Assembly: GCF_006345805.1 (NCBI RefSeq) | Contig: NC_042998.1 | Coordinates: 142,600,001 to 142,664,000, forward strand | DNA from: Octopus sinensis | Taxonomy: Eukaryota | DNA: 64,000 nt | Reading direction: 5' to 3' | Shown: piece after piece, positions 1 through 12,489 of the stretch | Layout: each line of letters starts with the position of its first letter | Numbering within the stretch: the stretch's first letter is position 1 | Notes under the pieces: model-generated | Seen by the model: only the letters and a program-made list of their open reading frames with translations | What the model was told of the DNA's origin: nothing | Database searches by the model: none | Made by a program: the position numbers and the translations under genes

Positions 1-1300
1 TCTAAGGCCTTTTGATTCAAGACTTTGCTTCCACACCTGAAATTTCTTCTCTAATTCAAGTAGAGATTCAGCTATCAGAACAAAGTCATCAGCATTGGGG
101 AGCTACTAAGGGCAACCAGTCTTAAATTCCTTTGCTATGGCCTGGAGGACTATGATAAACATGGGAGAGCTGAGAACCTATCCTTGGTAAACCTGCTCAC
201 TAAAATCACTGCTATACTCATTGCCAACTTTCACTTCATTGACAGCATACCTATACATGGCTTGTACAGCTTCCACCAACTTCTCATCTATCCTTAACTT
301 CTGCACTCACCATGGGATGAGGGAGTGTGGGGCCCTGTCAAAGGCTTTCTCCATATCAACAAAATCTAAGTACAAAACCAAACAACATCTCATCTATTTT
401 AACTCAGTTCCTAATTAGTTGGGCTATGCCCCTTTCACTAACTTTCATTACCTGGTCCAGTAATTTGATATCTGATATTATTTCTGTCTATGGCATCACC
501 TTATCTTTGCAGAAGTTGATTATAATGCTGCTACATCAGTCATTGGATATGATCTTCCCTCATGGACAACCTGTTCAACTATATGAATGACTAAGCCCAA
601 TCCCATGCTTTCAGATATTTTGAGTATCACAGCAGTGATTCCTGATGGGCTGAAGACTTACCCTGTCTTCATATCCTTAATTGATTTTTTCTACCAAGTT
701 GGATAGCTGGTCCTTCTGTTAGGTCCACACTAGATAAACTCTCCTTCTCCTATGCATTCTCCACATTTAGCAGCTGTTCATAGTGGCACTGCCATGCATC
801 TTTCGTTGCAGAATCACTAAGTGCAAGTGAACCATCATCATGCGGACACAGTTCTCTCCTACATCATGATTTTCTCTGACACACTATCTTGCAATTCAGA
901 ACATTTCAAGCCTCTGGTCCTCATGCTGCAGAACATTGACAAACTTCTTCCTTTCTGCTTCTCCACTAGCTAAATATACCTGTCACCTATCTTCCATTCT
1001 AGCTATCTGATATAGTCCTCTGCTACCATCTCTCTTCCAGTCATTTTTCTTTGTTCTAATAGCCCTGTCTGCTACACTACTACACCACCCTAGGTCAGTT
1101 TGGCACTTGCACCAGCCACAAATTTAGCCTGTGGCCCTCATGAAGCTGTCATGTCGGAACTTCCAGTGACTACAAGAAGTAGGGGCTCTCTGAACTTGCC
1201 CAGCCTAATCTTATTCTGACAGCTACACTCTTGGAGCATCCACCTCTGCTAACTTGGTCACCTAGATAACGGAAGCTATCTACTACTTCTAGCTTACCCT
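1..1300 (-). mobile_element. Degenerate RTE-like non-LTR retrotransposon (reverse transcriptase region)
   Basis: Minus-strand translation gives RT motifs with stops and frameshifts: FVDMEKAFDRAP, QG*VLSSPMF, PNADDFVLIAES, KFQVWKQSLESKGL. Confidence 0.8.
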
Positions 1301-1561
1301 ATTGGTATTTGATGGAGTCTAATTTCTGTACATTTTCAGTGTTTATTGTACCTGAGCATCTTCCACATACAAAAACTGTTTTCCCTGTCAATCTTGCTCT
1401 GATATTGCTGCGCCTTTTATGTGTCCAAAGCTTAAAATGGGTGCATCTTACAGAGTTTCTACCTATACCTTTTCTACAGATTGAGCAGGGTCATCTACCT
1501 GAAGGTGTTTGTAATTTGATTGCCTTCCTACTTACTAAGACTTTGGTTTTTGGTATATATA

Positions 1562-1607
<46 letters not shown>

Positions 1608-1610
<3 letters not shown>

Positions 1611-2400
1611 TTTGAATGGCTTCCTTGGTCATATTGGCGATATGAGGGTGGGCATTGTCCTGCACCAAAACTCCATGCTACCGATTAGGTCTTTTCTCTT
1701 GAATAGCTGTGCTGAGTCGTTCCATCTGTTGAACATAGAGTTCTGCGTTGACCGTTTGGTTCCGTTCATGCAATTCGTAATGGATAATCCCTTCCCAGTC
1801 CCACCATATGCACAACATCATTTTACACAGATGAAGATCTTGTTTCACATGTGGTGTTGCTTGTTTACTGGGGCTAAGCCATTCTTTACGATACTTCATT
1901 TTGATTTACAGGCACCATTTTCCGTTTGCAGTAACGATTTGGTAAAGAAATTGTTGCTTGTGCCCATGAGTTGAGCGGTGACGAGCAAGCAAACTAGCAG
2001 AGATTGTGGCTCGTTGATTTTTGCTGTTGTCACTTAAAGCATGTGGAACCCATGCTCCATACTTCTGAACCTTTCTCATCGAGTGAAGATGTTTCTCTAT
2101 AGCAGTGTGGGAGCATTCCATTTTCTCTGCCAGTTACCTTGTCGTTTGATGAGAATTTTTGTGCAAAAGTTGGTTTAATTGCTTTTCATCAAGCTCAACT
2201 GGACAGCCAGAACGAGGTGCATCTTTGAGGTCAAAATTTCCATTTTTGAACTTGGCATACCAATCACAAGTAGTTCTTTCAGCTATGGCACCCTTTCCAT
2301 ACACAACACAAATGTCGCGAGCAGCTTTTGCGGCCTTAGAACCTTGATTAAAAGTAAAAAGGTGTCAAAAATGCTCATTTTTCTTAACTTGACATTCCAT
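1608..2400 (-). mobile_element. Mariner transposase pseudogene (Mos1/SETMAR-like), 3' end lost at a (TA)n tract
   Basis: ORF pieces GAWVPHALS (WVPHEL motif), MLCIWWDWEGIIHYEL and QDNAHPH (HDNARPH-like); ATG at about 2400. Confidence 0.85.
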
Positions 2401-2450
2401 TTCAATGATCTGAAAATAAACAAAAATTAACTAGAAAAAAAAAACAAACA

Positions 2451-2830
2451 TAGGAGTAGGAATGGCTGTGTGGTAAGTAGCTTGCTTACCAACCACATGG
2501 TTCCTGATTCACTCCCACTGCGTGGCACCTTGGGAAAGTGTCTTCTACTATAGCCTCGGGCCGACCAAAGCCTTGTGAGTGGATTTGGTAGACAGAAACT
2601 GAAAGAAGCCCGTTGTATACATGTATATGTGTGTGTGTACGTTTGTGTGTTTGTGTTTGTCCCTCCAACATCGCTTGACAACCGATGCTGTTGTTTACGT
2701 CCCCGTAACTTAGCGGTTCGGCAAAACAGACCGATAGAATAAGTAGTAGGCTTACTAAGAATAAGTCCTGGGGTCGATTTGCTCGACTAAATGCGGTGCT
2801 CCAGCATGGCCACAGTCAAATGACTGAAAC
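2451..2830 (+). mobile_element. tRNA-derived SINE, full length with internal (TG)n
   Basis: A-box-like TGGCTGTGTGG and B-box-like GATTCACTCCC, body CCTTGGGAAAGTGTCTTCTACTATAGCC, tail ending AAATGACTGAAACAAGTAAAA; homologous copies elsewhere in the window. Confidence 0.8.
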
Positions 2831-2949
2831 AAGTAAAAAAGAGAGAGAGTCAAAGAGTAAACAAAATAGATTCCAAAATGATTCAAGAATAGAATTCTCG
2901 AAAAAAATAGATTCCAAAATTTTAAAAAATGGCAGGAACTCAGTTGCTA

Positions 2950-3296
2950 ACCCAATATTACCATAAATATGTTTGGTTGTCTATTCCAAAAAATTAGGGT
3001 AGGCTACGATCAAGACTAGATTTTAAGCCTTTCGTTTACCTGTTAAAAATATTTTTGTCAAAATCTTAGAGGATAGTCATATGTAGTATATTTTTTATAT
3101 AAATTCATTCTCTTATACGACAATGCAAGTAAGATGTGACGAGTTTGTTTGCACCAACAAACACAACTTTTAGATACCTATTCGCCATTTTCTCTTCTAA
3201 CAGTTTTCAGTCAATAAAAACTTTGTTTAAGATATAATTTTTTGGCCTTAATAAGTAACACAATTGTATTTTTCATGATGTTTCTTATGTAAATGG

Positions 3297-3300
<4 letters not shown>
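2950..3300. repeat. Partial paralog of the histone H1 upstream region
   Basis: Aligns by eye with about 38770-39130 and 32110-32470 (shared AATATTACCATA, GGGTAGGCTAC, CGCCATTTTCTCTTCTAACAGTTTT, CTTATGTAAATGGTT). Confidence 0.65.
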
Positions 3301-3340
<40 letters not shown>

Positions 3341-3345
<5 letters not shown>

Positions 3346-3580
3346 AATTAAGGACTGAACACGAAAAGTGGACAGTCAACATGCTAGATATAGACGTCAA
3401 ATCGCCATTCACCACAAAAGGTAATTATTTTATTTCGTATATTTTTCACTTGTTTATTGCTATGGTTTTGTGTTGAGTTTGATCTGAGAACATAATCTTT
3501 TGTGGTGAATGGCGATTTGACGTCTATATCTAGCATGTTGACTGTCCACTTTTCGTGTTCAGTCCTTAATTGGTATATAT
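3341..3580. repeat. Inverted repeat, about 80-bp perfect arms with 76-bp spacer, between (TA)n tracts
   Basis: 3341-3420 is the reverse complement of about 3497-3576 (TACCAATTAAGGACTGAAC...CACAAAAG). Confidence 0.9.
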
Positions 3581-3668
3581 AAATATTTTAATCTTCGGAT
3601 TCTTTTTAATATGCTAGACCACTGGTCTTAATTGATAAATATCAATTTCTACCCTTAATTAATTTTAT

Positions 3669-3723
<55 letters not shown>

Positions 3724-3732
3724 TATAATATG

Positions 3733-3793
<61 letters not shown>

Positions 3794-3799
3794 ATATTA

Positions 3800-3832
<33 letters not shown>

Positions 3833-3867
3833 AATGGTCATATATATATATATATATTATATATATA

Positions 3868-3948
3868 TACACGACCGGTTCTTTCAGTTTCCTTCTTACA
3901 AATCCACTCCCAAGGCTTTATTCGACCCGCGGCTATAATAAAAGACAC
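3868..3948 (-). mobile_element. SINE fragment interrupted by a MITE
   Basis: Reverse complement of the SINE body (TTCTTTCAGTTTCC...GGCTATAATAAAAGACAC); interrupted at AAAGACAC. Confidence 0.7.
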
Positions 3949-4361
3949 GGAACTTTTTGGTTTGAACGGCAGTTTTTTCTAGCGGTGTCATGTGAAATTG
4001 TCACCCATAATTATGACCCTAGTATCGATCTATTGCATTTCAATGTTTTAGGGTTAGGGTTAGGAGTGGGGGAAAGATATCTTTTTTTCTTCAGAAATGT
4101 AAATAAACCCAATCTGTTTCTTAAACAAGGCACATATTCATACGGCACATAATGTTTTCACCTCAATAGACGTCAGTGATTGGTTGAAATTGCAGAAATT
4201 GAAGAAAAAAAACAACAAATATCTTACAAACTATAGAATTTTCTCAATAAAGTCAAGAGAAAAAGATGTTTTATAAACACATCCTACCAGTATACGAAGT
4301 TTAAAATTTTTTAGTTACCTAGAAATTATGTTAAAAACTGCCGTTCAAACCGAAAAGATCC
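3949..4361. mobile_element. Non-autonomous DNA transposon (MITE), about 413 bp, 8-bp TSD
   Basis: TIRs GGAACTTTTTGGTTTGAACGGCAGTTTT and AAAACTGCCGTTCAAACCGAAAAGATCC; AAAGACAC flanks both ends (3941-3948, 4362-4369); second copy at 41457-41868. Confidence 0.9.
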
Positions 4362-5019
4362 AAAGACACTTTTCTTTCTGTACCAAATTAATTACCCACA
4401 GCCTAATGGTTGTGACTCCTGCTTTAAATCACATCGTCATTGCTATTATCTGGTATCTTAATTTCTGTAAAACTTGGACCACTATCAGCTACTAAAAAAA
4501 GTTTGTTTTTCAGGGGCAGTTAACTCTATTGGTTCTTCGTTATTCATGCAATTACACAGAGATGGCGCCACATACAACTTTGCCCGAGAAGCGACATCTG
4601 AGATTAATTGCAAGTTGTCTGCTCAATCATTTTACCTGAATTCTCCCGTGCAATCGATTAAACTTGATTGATCATTGTAATCAATATTCTACCAATCGTT
4701 ATTACATACTAGCTATATAAAGCTATTTGCATTGCATGCCATCAGCACACGATTTATATAGCGATCTAAGTATTCCATTATGCAGCTATCGTTATTAGCC
4801 TGTAGGTATTATAGCTTGAGGTGTTGATGTGTATAAACTACACTTCTACAAGCGTAAGCGTACTCATACATATGCGTACGTTTTAAATATTGCGCGTATG
4901 GACGAATGTGAGTGTGAGCGCGAGCGCGTGTGTTTACACACTTGTGTGCTCCTTTGTAGGATAATGGATATTTAGAAAATTTAAATGAATGAATCGAAAT
5001 TATGATGTTTGTACACACA

Positions 5020-5137
<118 letters not shown>

Positions 5138-5369
5138 ATATATATACACACACTAGCTGACATACCTGGTAATTCCCGGAAAAGCGGGGTTTATTCATTG
5201 ATCTCATTCTCATAATTGTTTCGCTAATCCAATAGCAACTATACAATGTATGTAGCCCTTAAAACGGAGAATACCAAACCGTCTTACATAGGATCTTGTT
5301 TTAGGAAATAAGTGATGAATACCAAAATCGTGAAGACAGTGTTTTTGTGGTAGGTTACATCTTTACAAG

Positions 5370-5765
5370 ACATCAACACAACTATCAATATAAATCAAGA
5401 GCGTGTTCCTACATGTAAACAGCGTATGACCTTTAGGAGGACAGTGCAGATGACCAGTGGACGAAAATGAAGAAAAAGGATTTTATACGGGTTATTTCCC
5501 CTTGGCCGTTAAAGGAAAGTAAAGGGTACATGTTAAGAAAACATCAACACAGCTATCAATGTGGTGTTCCTACAAGTAAACAGCGTGGGAATTTTATGAG
5601 GGCAGAGCAGATTGCAATGCAATTGATAGATAAATGGCAATTTCTGTCTGCTTGTGTGGTTAGTTGTTACATAAAGTACATCGTTACAAACATTAACACA
5701 ACTATCAATATAAATTAAGGTGTTCCTACATGTAAACAGGGTGTGACCTTTGTGATGACAGTGCA
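5370..5765. repeat. Degenerate tandem repeat, 3 units of about 150-170 bp
   Basis: ACAT(C/T)AACACA(A/G)CTATCAAT...GTGTTCCTACA(T/A)GTAAACAG recurs at about 5371, 5541 and 5690. Confidence 0.7.
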
Positions 5766-6454
5766 TTTGTCTAAAAGCAGAACAGTTCTTCATGCAGTGT
5801 CTGTCAATTGGCTGAAGTGACATGAAAAGCATCGTGATTCATGGTATATTCGTGAATAAGGCACTAACCGAAATAAGTGGACCTGTTGTTGAGGAAAATA
5901 CTGGGTAAGGTGCGATAATAACCCTAACATTTCAAATACTAAGAAATAAACACACTCAACTTGATTTATACCAAATAAAATATATTTTGAAAATTTTTTG
6001 CACGGTTGCCATGGGAACATTACGTTAATGGTAAAATTTGCAAATATGTTGTGGCACTGATATCTCTCCATAACCCATGGTCAGATTTTACTCAAATTTG
6101 TTTTAAATGAAAGAAATGTTTTAAAATTTATATATTGACTTAGGACAGGGGTTAGTTTGATAGTAAAATCACTGACTTTGTCTGACAACTTCTTGTAAGA
6201 AAGTCCACGTAATGTAGAGCGCAAATTACCAGTGGGCAAAAGAGAAAACTAAAGAAAAATTAATGGGTTATTTCCCCTTGGCCGTTAAAGGCAAATGAGG
6301 TGGGGGCGTTATATTTGGATCCCTTCTAGAGTCTAAATTTTTATTAAACTCCAGTGAACCTAGTAACAAACTGGATGTTACTATAACATGTATGCAAAGT
6401 TTCACGAAAATTCATTCATGGGTGTAGACGGCAACTTGACACAAACAGACTGCC

Positions 6455-6488
<34 letters not shown>

Positions 6489-6634
6489 TTCACCTCATCA
6501 AACTTCGATATGAAAAAAATTTACAACCTTTTGCGTCAATAAACTACTATTATTCCTGAAAATTGTTTTTTTATACGATCTACAGGCTGCTCGAAGTTTA
6601 CTAAATTCCTACATCATTGGTCCTTGGATCTTAT

Positions 6635-6739
<105 letters not shown>

Positions 6740-6759
6740 TACATACATACATACATACA

Positions 6760-6793
<34 letters not shown>

Positions 6794-6860
6794 CCGGAGT
6801 AAGAACATAAATGCGAAAGAAGGTGGAAAAAATAGTACTCGAATACCAGAGGCAGAGTAA

Positions 6861-7047
6861 TATGCTTTATTGTAAAGCAGCAAAAATATCACAAAAACTG
6901 TTACTCAAAGTTTCACGTTCCCGTTCATCGGACAGTTTTGTTTAGAATCTTTCTTCTCCTCTGCAGTTAAACAAAACTGTCCGACGAACGGGAACGTGAA
7001 ACTCTGAGTAACAGTTTTTGTGATATTTTTCGCTGCTTTTCAATAAA

Positions 7048-7052
<5 letters not shown>
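6861..7052. repeat. Inverted repeat (about 84-bp arms) next to (TA)n, each arm with a hammerhead-like fold
   Basis: 6861-6943 is the reverse complement of 6969-7052 with few mismatches. Confidence 0.9.
6973..7018 (+). ncRNA. Type I hammerhead ribozyme-like motif, U4C core variant (mirror copy on the minus strand at about 6894-6939)
   Basis: AAAACTGT-CCGACGA-ACG/GGAA/CGT-GAAAC-TCTGA-GTA-ACAGTTTT: 8-bp stem I, 3-bp stem II, stem III ACTC/GAGT; the mirror copy has CCGATGA. Confidence 0.65.
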
Positions 7053-7085
<33 letters not shown>

Positions 7086-7097
<12 letters not shown>

Positions 7098-9545
7098 TAT
7101 ATACTCAGTAGAATCTCGCACTACGAGGGCACCATTGTACGAGTAATTTGCAGTACGAGCCGAGGCTCGTGCGAATTTTTGTCTTGAGGTAAGAGTGGAA
7201 ATCTGCAGTACGAGCTAGTTTCATACAAGCGACCGCTTGTCGGTGCTGAGCGCGCACACGCTCTCTCTCTCTCTCTACAAGCGCACCCTCCACTCGCTCA
7301 GGTCACGTATTCATCTCGTTGGGACAGCATCCCTTTGTGTTTTTCTTAGTGTTCTTTTTAGTCTCTGTGCGTTTTTTGCTGTTATTTTATAATATATTTC
7401 TTTATTGCCCAGAAGGGGCTAAACATAGAGGGGACAAACAAGGACAGACGAAGGGATTAAGTCGATTATACCCAGTGCGTAACTGGTATTTTATTTATCG
7501 ACCCGGAAAGGATGAAAGGCAAAGTCGACCTCGGCGGAATTTCAACTCAGAACGTAACGGCAGACGAAATACCTATTTCTTTACTACCCACAAGGGGCTA
7601 AACACAGAGAGGACAAACAAGGACAGACAAAGGGATTAAGTCGATTACATCGACCCCAGTACGTAACTGGTACTTAATTTATCGACCCGAAAGGATGAAA
7701 GGCAAAGTCGACCTCGGCGGAATTTGCACTCAGAACGAAATACGGCTACGCATTTCGCCCGGCGTGCTAACGTTTCTGCCAGCTTGCCGCCTTATTTTAA
7801 GATAATTAGATGTTATTTTATAATAATTAGTTGTGTTAGCCATGTTATTTTATAATAATTGGTTGTATTAGCCATGGGTCCTAAGAAGATAAGTACAAAG
7901 GATTGTTCTAGGAAGAAGCAAAAGCTGATAATGATAGAATTGAAGAAGGAAATCATTGATAAACATGAGAGAGGAGTGTGTTTTGTGAACATAGTATGTC
8001 AATATGAACGAAGCATGTCGACAATCTGCACTAACCTGAAGAAAAAGGACGAGATCAATACCTTTACAACAGCAAGTGGTGTCTCCAGGCTCTCCAAGCA
8101 ACGCGCATCTGTCCAAGAAGAGATGGAAAAATTACTGCTGTGGATGAACGAGAAGCAACTCGCAGAGGATACGATTACGGAGACAATCATTTGCGAGAAA
8201 GCACGAGCGCTGTATGGGGATCTCCTGAAGCAGAACCCTGGAACATCAACAACAGAGGAGACATCAGCAGACACATTTAAAGCTAGTCGCGGCTGGTTCG
8301 ATAATTTCAAGAAGAAGACTGTTCATGGTGTCGTCAGATATGGAGAAGCAGCAAGTTCTGACACAAAGTTAGCTTAGGATTTCGTGCGCGAATTCCGTCA
8401 GCTCATCGCAGCCGAGGAGTACATCGCACAACGGGTATCCAACTGTGATGAAACTGACTTTTTTTGAGAAAATGCCCAGAAGAACCCACATGACTGCAGA
8501 GAAGAAAGTGCCAGGCCACAAGCCTGTGAAAGATAGGCTAACTCTCGCTCTTTGTGCCAATGAGAGTGGAGACTTGAAGATTAAGTCGCTCCTTGTCTAC
8601 CATTCCGAAAACCTATGAGCGTTCAAGTTACACAAAATCCTGAAAGAGAAGCTGCAGATCATGTGGAGGGCAAACGTTAAAGCCTGGATCACCATGCAAT
8701 TCTTTACCGAGTGGGTCAACTTTATCTTCGGGACAGCAGTGAAAAAGTACCTTCTGGAGAACGATCTTCCTGTCAAGGCTCTCTTCATCCTCGACAATGC
8801 TCCTGCTCACCCCCTATCTTCGAAGATAATATCCTGGACGAATTTAAATTCATAAAAGTTTTGTACCTTTCACGCAACACCACCCCTGTCTTACCGTCCC
8901 TGGACCGACAGGTGATTTCTAATTATAAGAAATTGTACTCCAGATACCTGTTTCGTCGGAGCGTTGAAGTCACCGAAAATACAAATCTAACCCTTCCTGA
9001 GTTTTGGAAGGAGCACTACAACATTGTAAACTGCCTGAAAAATCATTGAATGGCCTGGCAAGGTTTAACGAGGAGAACGCTGAATTTTGCATGGAGGAAA
9101 CTGTGTCCTGACTGCGTATCAGAAAGCGACTTCGAGGGGTTTGAGTTTGGGACCCCTGTAGTTGAGGAGATGGTGTCTCTTGGCAAGTCCATGGGCCTCG
9201 AGGTTGATGATAGGGACATTAACGATTTTGTCGAGGAACTCACAGAGAAGCTGACGACAGATGAACTCCTGCAGCTTCAGGGACAGTAGCATTTGGATGC
9301 GGTGGAAGAGATTGGTTCTCCGGAGGAGGACAGTGTAGCAGAGATTGTTAACTCTACGAGTGACATAAAGGCAGTGTTGGCAAAGTGACAGTATGTTTCT
9401 GAATTTGTAGAAAAACATCATCCTGAAAAAGTATCTACAGGTCGTACAGCTGCTTTATTTAATGACACTGCTCTGGCGTATTTTCGTAACATTTTGAAAG
9501 GCAGGAAAAAGGCAGACTTCTCTTGATATGCTTCAAATAAAACGC
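7086..9545 (+). mobile_element. Tigger/pogo DNA transposon, disrupted transposase (Tigger2/TIGD1-like)
   Basis: Left end CAGTAGAATCTCGCACTACGAG after TA; ORF 7859-8377 MGPKK...LKKEII...FKASRGWFDNFKK (CENP-B HTH); later fragments NCDET, LFILDNAPAHP, LDRQVISNYKKLY. Confidence 0.85.
7410..7792 (-). mobile_element. Two tandem SINE copies (second tRNA-derived family) inserted in the Tigger element
   Basis: GGGCTAAACA.AGAG.GGACAAACAAGGACAGAC.AAGGGATTAAGTCGATTA...GAAAGGCAAAGTCGACCTCGGCGGAATTT occurs twice; head ends GCCAGCTTGCCGCC. Confidence 0.75.
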
Positions 9546-9569
9546 TCCACATCTGAAGGGGAAATCATT

Positions 9570-9880
9570 GAATCACTATCCGTGAGTTATCAGAAGATGT
9601 GCAGTTACTGTTTGGTTCCGTTCCGTCCATTATTACTGAAGATTTGGGTATGAGACGCATGTCTGCCAAATTTGTGCCAAAACTGCTTTCAGCTAACCAA
9701 AAAGACACTTGGGTTTCAGTTGCACAAGATCTCCTTGATTGTGTTGAGAAAGATGAAACTTTTTGAAAACTTTGCGTAGGCCACTGAGCAGGTTTTGCCT
9801 AGCTTTTGGCAAAATTTAATGCAAAATCTCTGTTCAACTTTCTCTGTCATGGTCAATGCAACAATCACATGCTACACATC
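9570..9880 (+). mobile_element. Mariner transposase fragment
   Basis: Translates ITIRELSEDVQL...EDLGMRRMSAKFVPKLLSANQK (FVPKLL motif). Confidence 0.75.
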
Positions 9881-10071
9881 TTCCATTCAAGCACTGCTGT
9901 AAACAGCAAAAATTTTGAAGTTTATTTTGATTAAAATATCAGTGTCTTTGGAGTTTGCATTAACACCTGTCACTGCCACCCTCTCCCACTGAGTGTGTTG
10001 CTTTACTTTTCTTTCCCCCAAGCGTGATTGACAGGGGCATTTTGTGTTTTATTATATGTATGGTGTGTGTG

Positions 10072-10222
10072 TAGGCGTGGCTGTATGATTGCTTCCCAGT
10101 CACATGGTTCCAGGTTCAGTCCCACTGCTTGGCACTTTGAGCAAGTGTCTTCTACTATCGTCTTGGGCTGATCAAAGTCTTGTAAGTGGATTTGGTAGAT
10201 GGAAACCTGAAAGAAGCCCATC
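10072..10222 (+). mobile_element. SINE 5' part
   Basis: Homologous to 2461-2610 (GGTTCAGTCCCACTG, GCAAGTGTCTTCTACTAT, CTGAAAGAAGCCC). Confidence 0.75.
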
Positions 10223-10238
10223 ATATATAATATATATA

Positions 10239-10276
<38 letters not shown>

Positions 10277-12217
10277 TTCTTTAATTTTTGATTCTTGATA
10301 AACTCATGTTTATCCTTGTCTTACCTATAGTTTATGAGTATAATATGCTTGCATATGTATGCCCATGGTTAAACATAGGTAATATACCAGTAGTGTAATG
10401 GATACTTCTATCCCTTTGATTGTTATTTTAACCTTTAACTCAGCTAACCTTACATAATATATATATATATATTAATATATATATGTATGTATGCATAAAT
10501 GTATCATTCAACTACAGTAGTAGTTGAATAATATTCTTAAGACTGCAATTTACTCATATGCAGCATCTTTTAAAGCTTGTCACTAATTCAGTTCTTAACC
10601 AAATTGAAAATTTTCATATTTTTGATGAGGACTAGTCCCTAGCTACATTTTAGCATGAAAAATTGAGATTTGGTCTTGTAGAAAAAAGTTTACATAAAAA
10701 TTTGTAGCAATGTTATAGGAAAGTAAATAATGCTTCCAACCAAGTTTAGATCTAAATAAGTTTTTTTTTTTATTTTAAAAGCAAATTATATTTATCTTAG
10801 CTTAAATGATAGAAGAAAGCATGAGGAATTTCATAGTTTTTGTCCCATGCAACAAAAATTTATATCAAAAAAGTTGTGAGGTAAAATATCATGAAAAAAT
10901 ATATAAGTAAGGCAAAAAATTGGATTTAAATATAATTAACTTCTTTATTTTGAAAACAAACTGTATTTTAATTAAGCTTAAATGATAGAGCTCAATTCGA
11001 GGAATTTCATGGTATCAATCTTATGCAATGAAGTTCTAAAAGAAAAAAGCTATGAGTGTTTGTTTCTCAAATTTGAGGGTGATGATACAGTTCTATACTT
11101 TTTTGAATATAGTTCTATAAGGAGACTTTTAATGTATGTGACTGGCATCATTGAGGTAAGAAAAAAATTATCAATGACACCATGAGAAATTTCATAGTTT
11201 TGGTCCCATTAAATTAAATATTTTTTCATTGTTTTTATCTCAATTAAAAACTAAAATTTACACACTCATAAATATTGACAATTAATCTACTTTTGTAGAT
11301 TACTACGATTTTATAATAAAGTAAACATATTTGTTTAATAATCTGATTTTCAGCTTTCCAATGAAAGGTTTGTAGGGATGTGGGTTCAGGGCATTACTTG
11401 CTTTTATAAATGACTTCATGTTAATTTTTGTTTTAAACAACCTAAATTATTCAATAAAATATAGCCACTTGTGACTGTGTCTCTCTGAGCAGTACTGAAT
11501 CATGTAGTAGGGCTGTTCAGAAAAGTCACAATTCTAAGTGATTATATTTTATATTACTTTTAATCTTAATCTTAAATTTATTAGCAATGAAGTTATTTAA
11601 TAAGTTATGTCATTGACCATTGTTAATTAAATTTATTACATAACACAAGTGTTTATTTTTCATTTCAAATCGCAAAAAATTTATTTTCATCAACTCAAGA
11701 TCTACGTGATTTAAATTTGCATAAAAAAAACTAACTTTATTTTATCTTTATTTTCTTTAAAATTCAAAATTCCATTGACAGAATATAGACATTTCTGGTT
11801 GTGTATCTATGGTCATGTAGTAAGGCTGTTTAGAAAAGGCATTAGTCAAAAGTACTTATAGTCTACAACTTATTTTTTAACTTTGATATTTAATTAATAA
11901 TGTTATTTTTAATATGCTATTGTCTAACTTTTAACTTTTATTACTAATTTTCTCTTTCAGCTTTACCTGCTTTCTGCTTTTTTTGCTAATTTCTTTTTAG
12001 TTTCTTTCCTTTTTCTTTTTAGTTAATTATTTAATCAGGCTAGTTCATTAATGTGTTATATACACATCTAATTCTATTAAGCAAGTAAAAATATAAAAGT
12101 GACGCAAAATTGAGGCAAAACAATATAGTGCCACACAGTAGTACTGAACTCGGAAACTATGTGGCTAGAAAGAACGTCTTACCACACAGCCAACACACAC
12201 ACATAGGCAAACAGTTG

Positions 12218-12264
<47 letters not shown>

Positions 12265-12323
12265 TATATATATAGTATATATATATATATATATATATAT
12301 CATATATGTATATATATATAATA

Positions 12324-12366
<43 letters not shown>

Positions 12367-12489
12367 ATTTTTCGCTCGCGCGCGCGCTGGCGGCTTGGTC
12401 GGCCCCTTGGGCTTGCGTTGTACTGCTTGTGCGTTGTGTGCGTGGGCGCGCTTCGTGTGTGTGGGCTTGCTTCGGATGTGCGCGTGCGT

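Noticed and set aside
1309-1974. 221-aa plus-strand ORF
   Set aside because: It runs through a (TA)n tract and the antisense strand of the mariner; no coherent protein.
2461-2530. tRNA gene
   Set aside because: The A/B boxes belong to SINE heads; there is no cloverleaf and a SINE body follows.
5370-5765. CRISPR-like repeat-spacer array
   Set aside because: Units are long and degenerate, the context is eukaryotic, and there are no cas genes.
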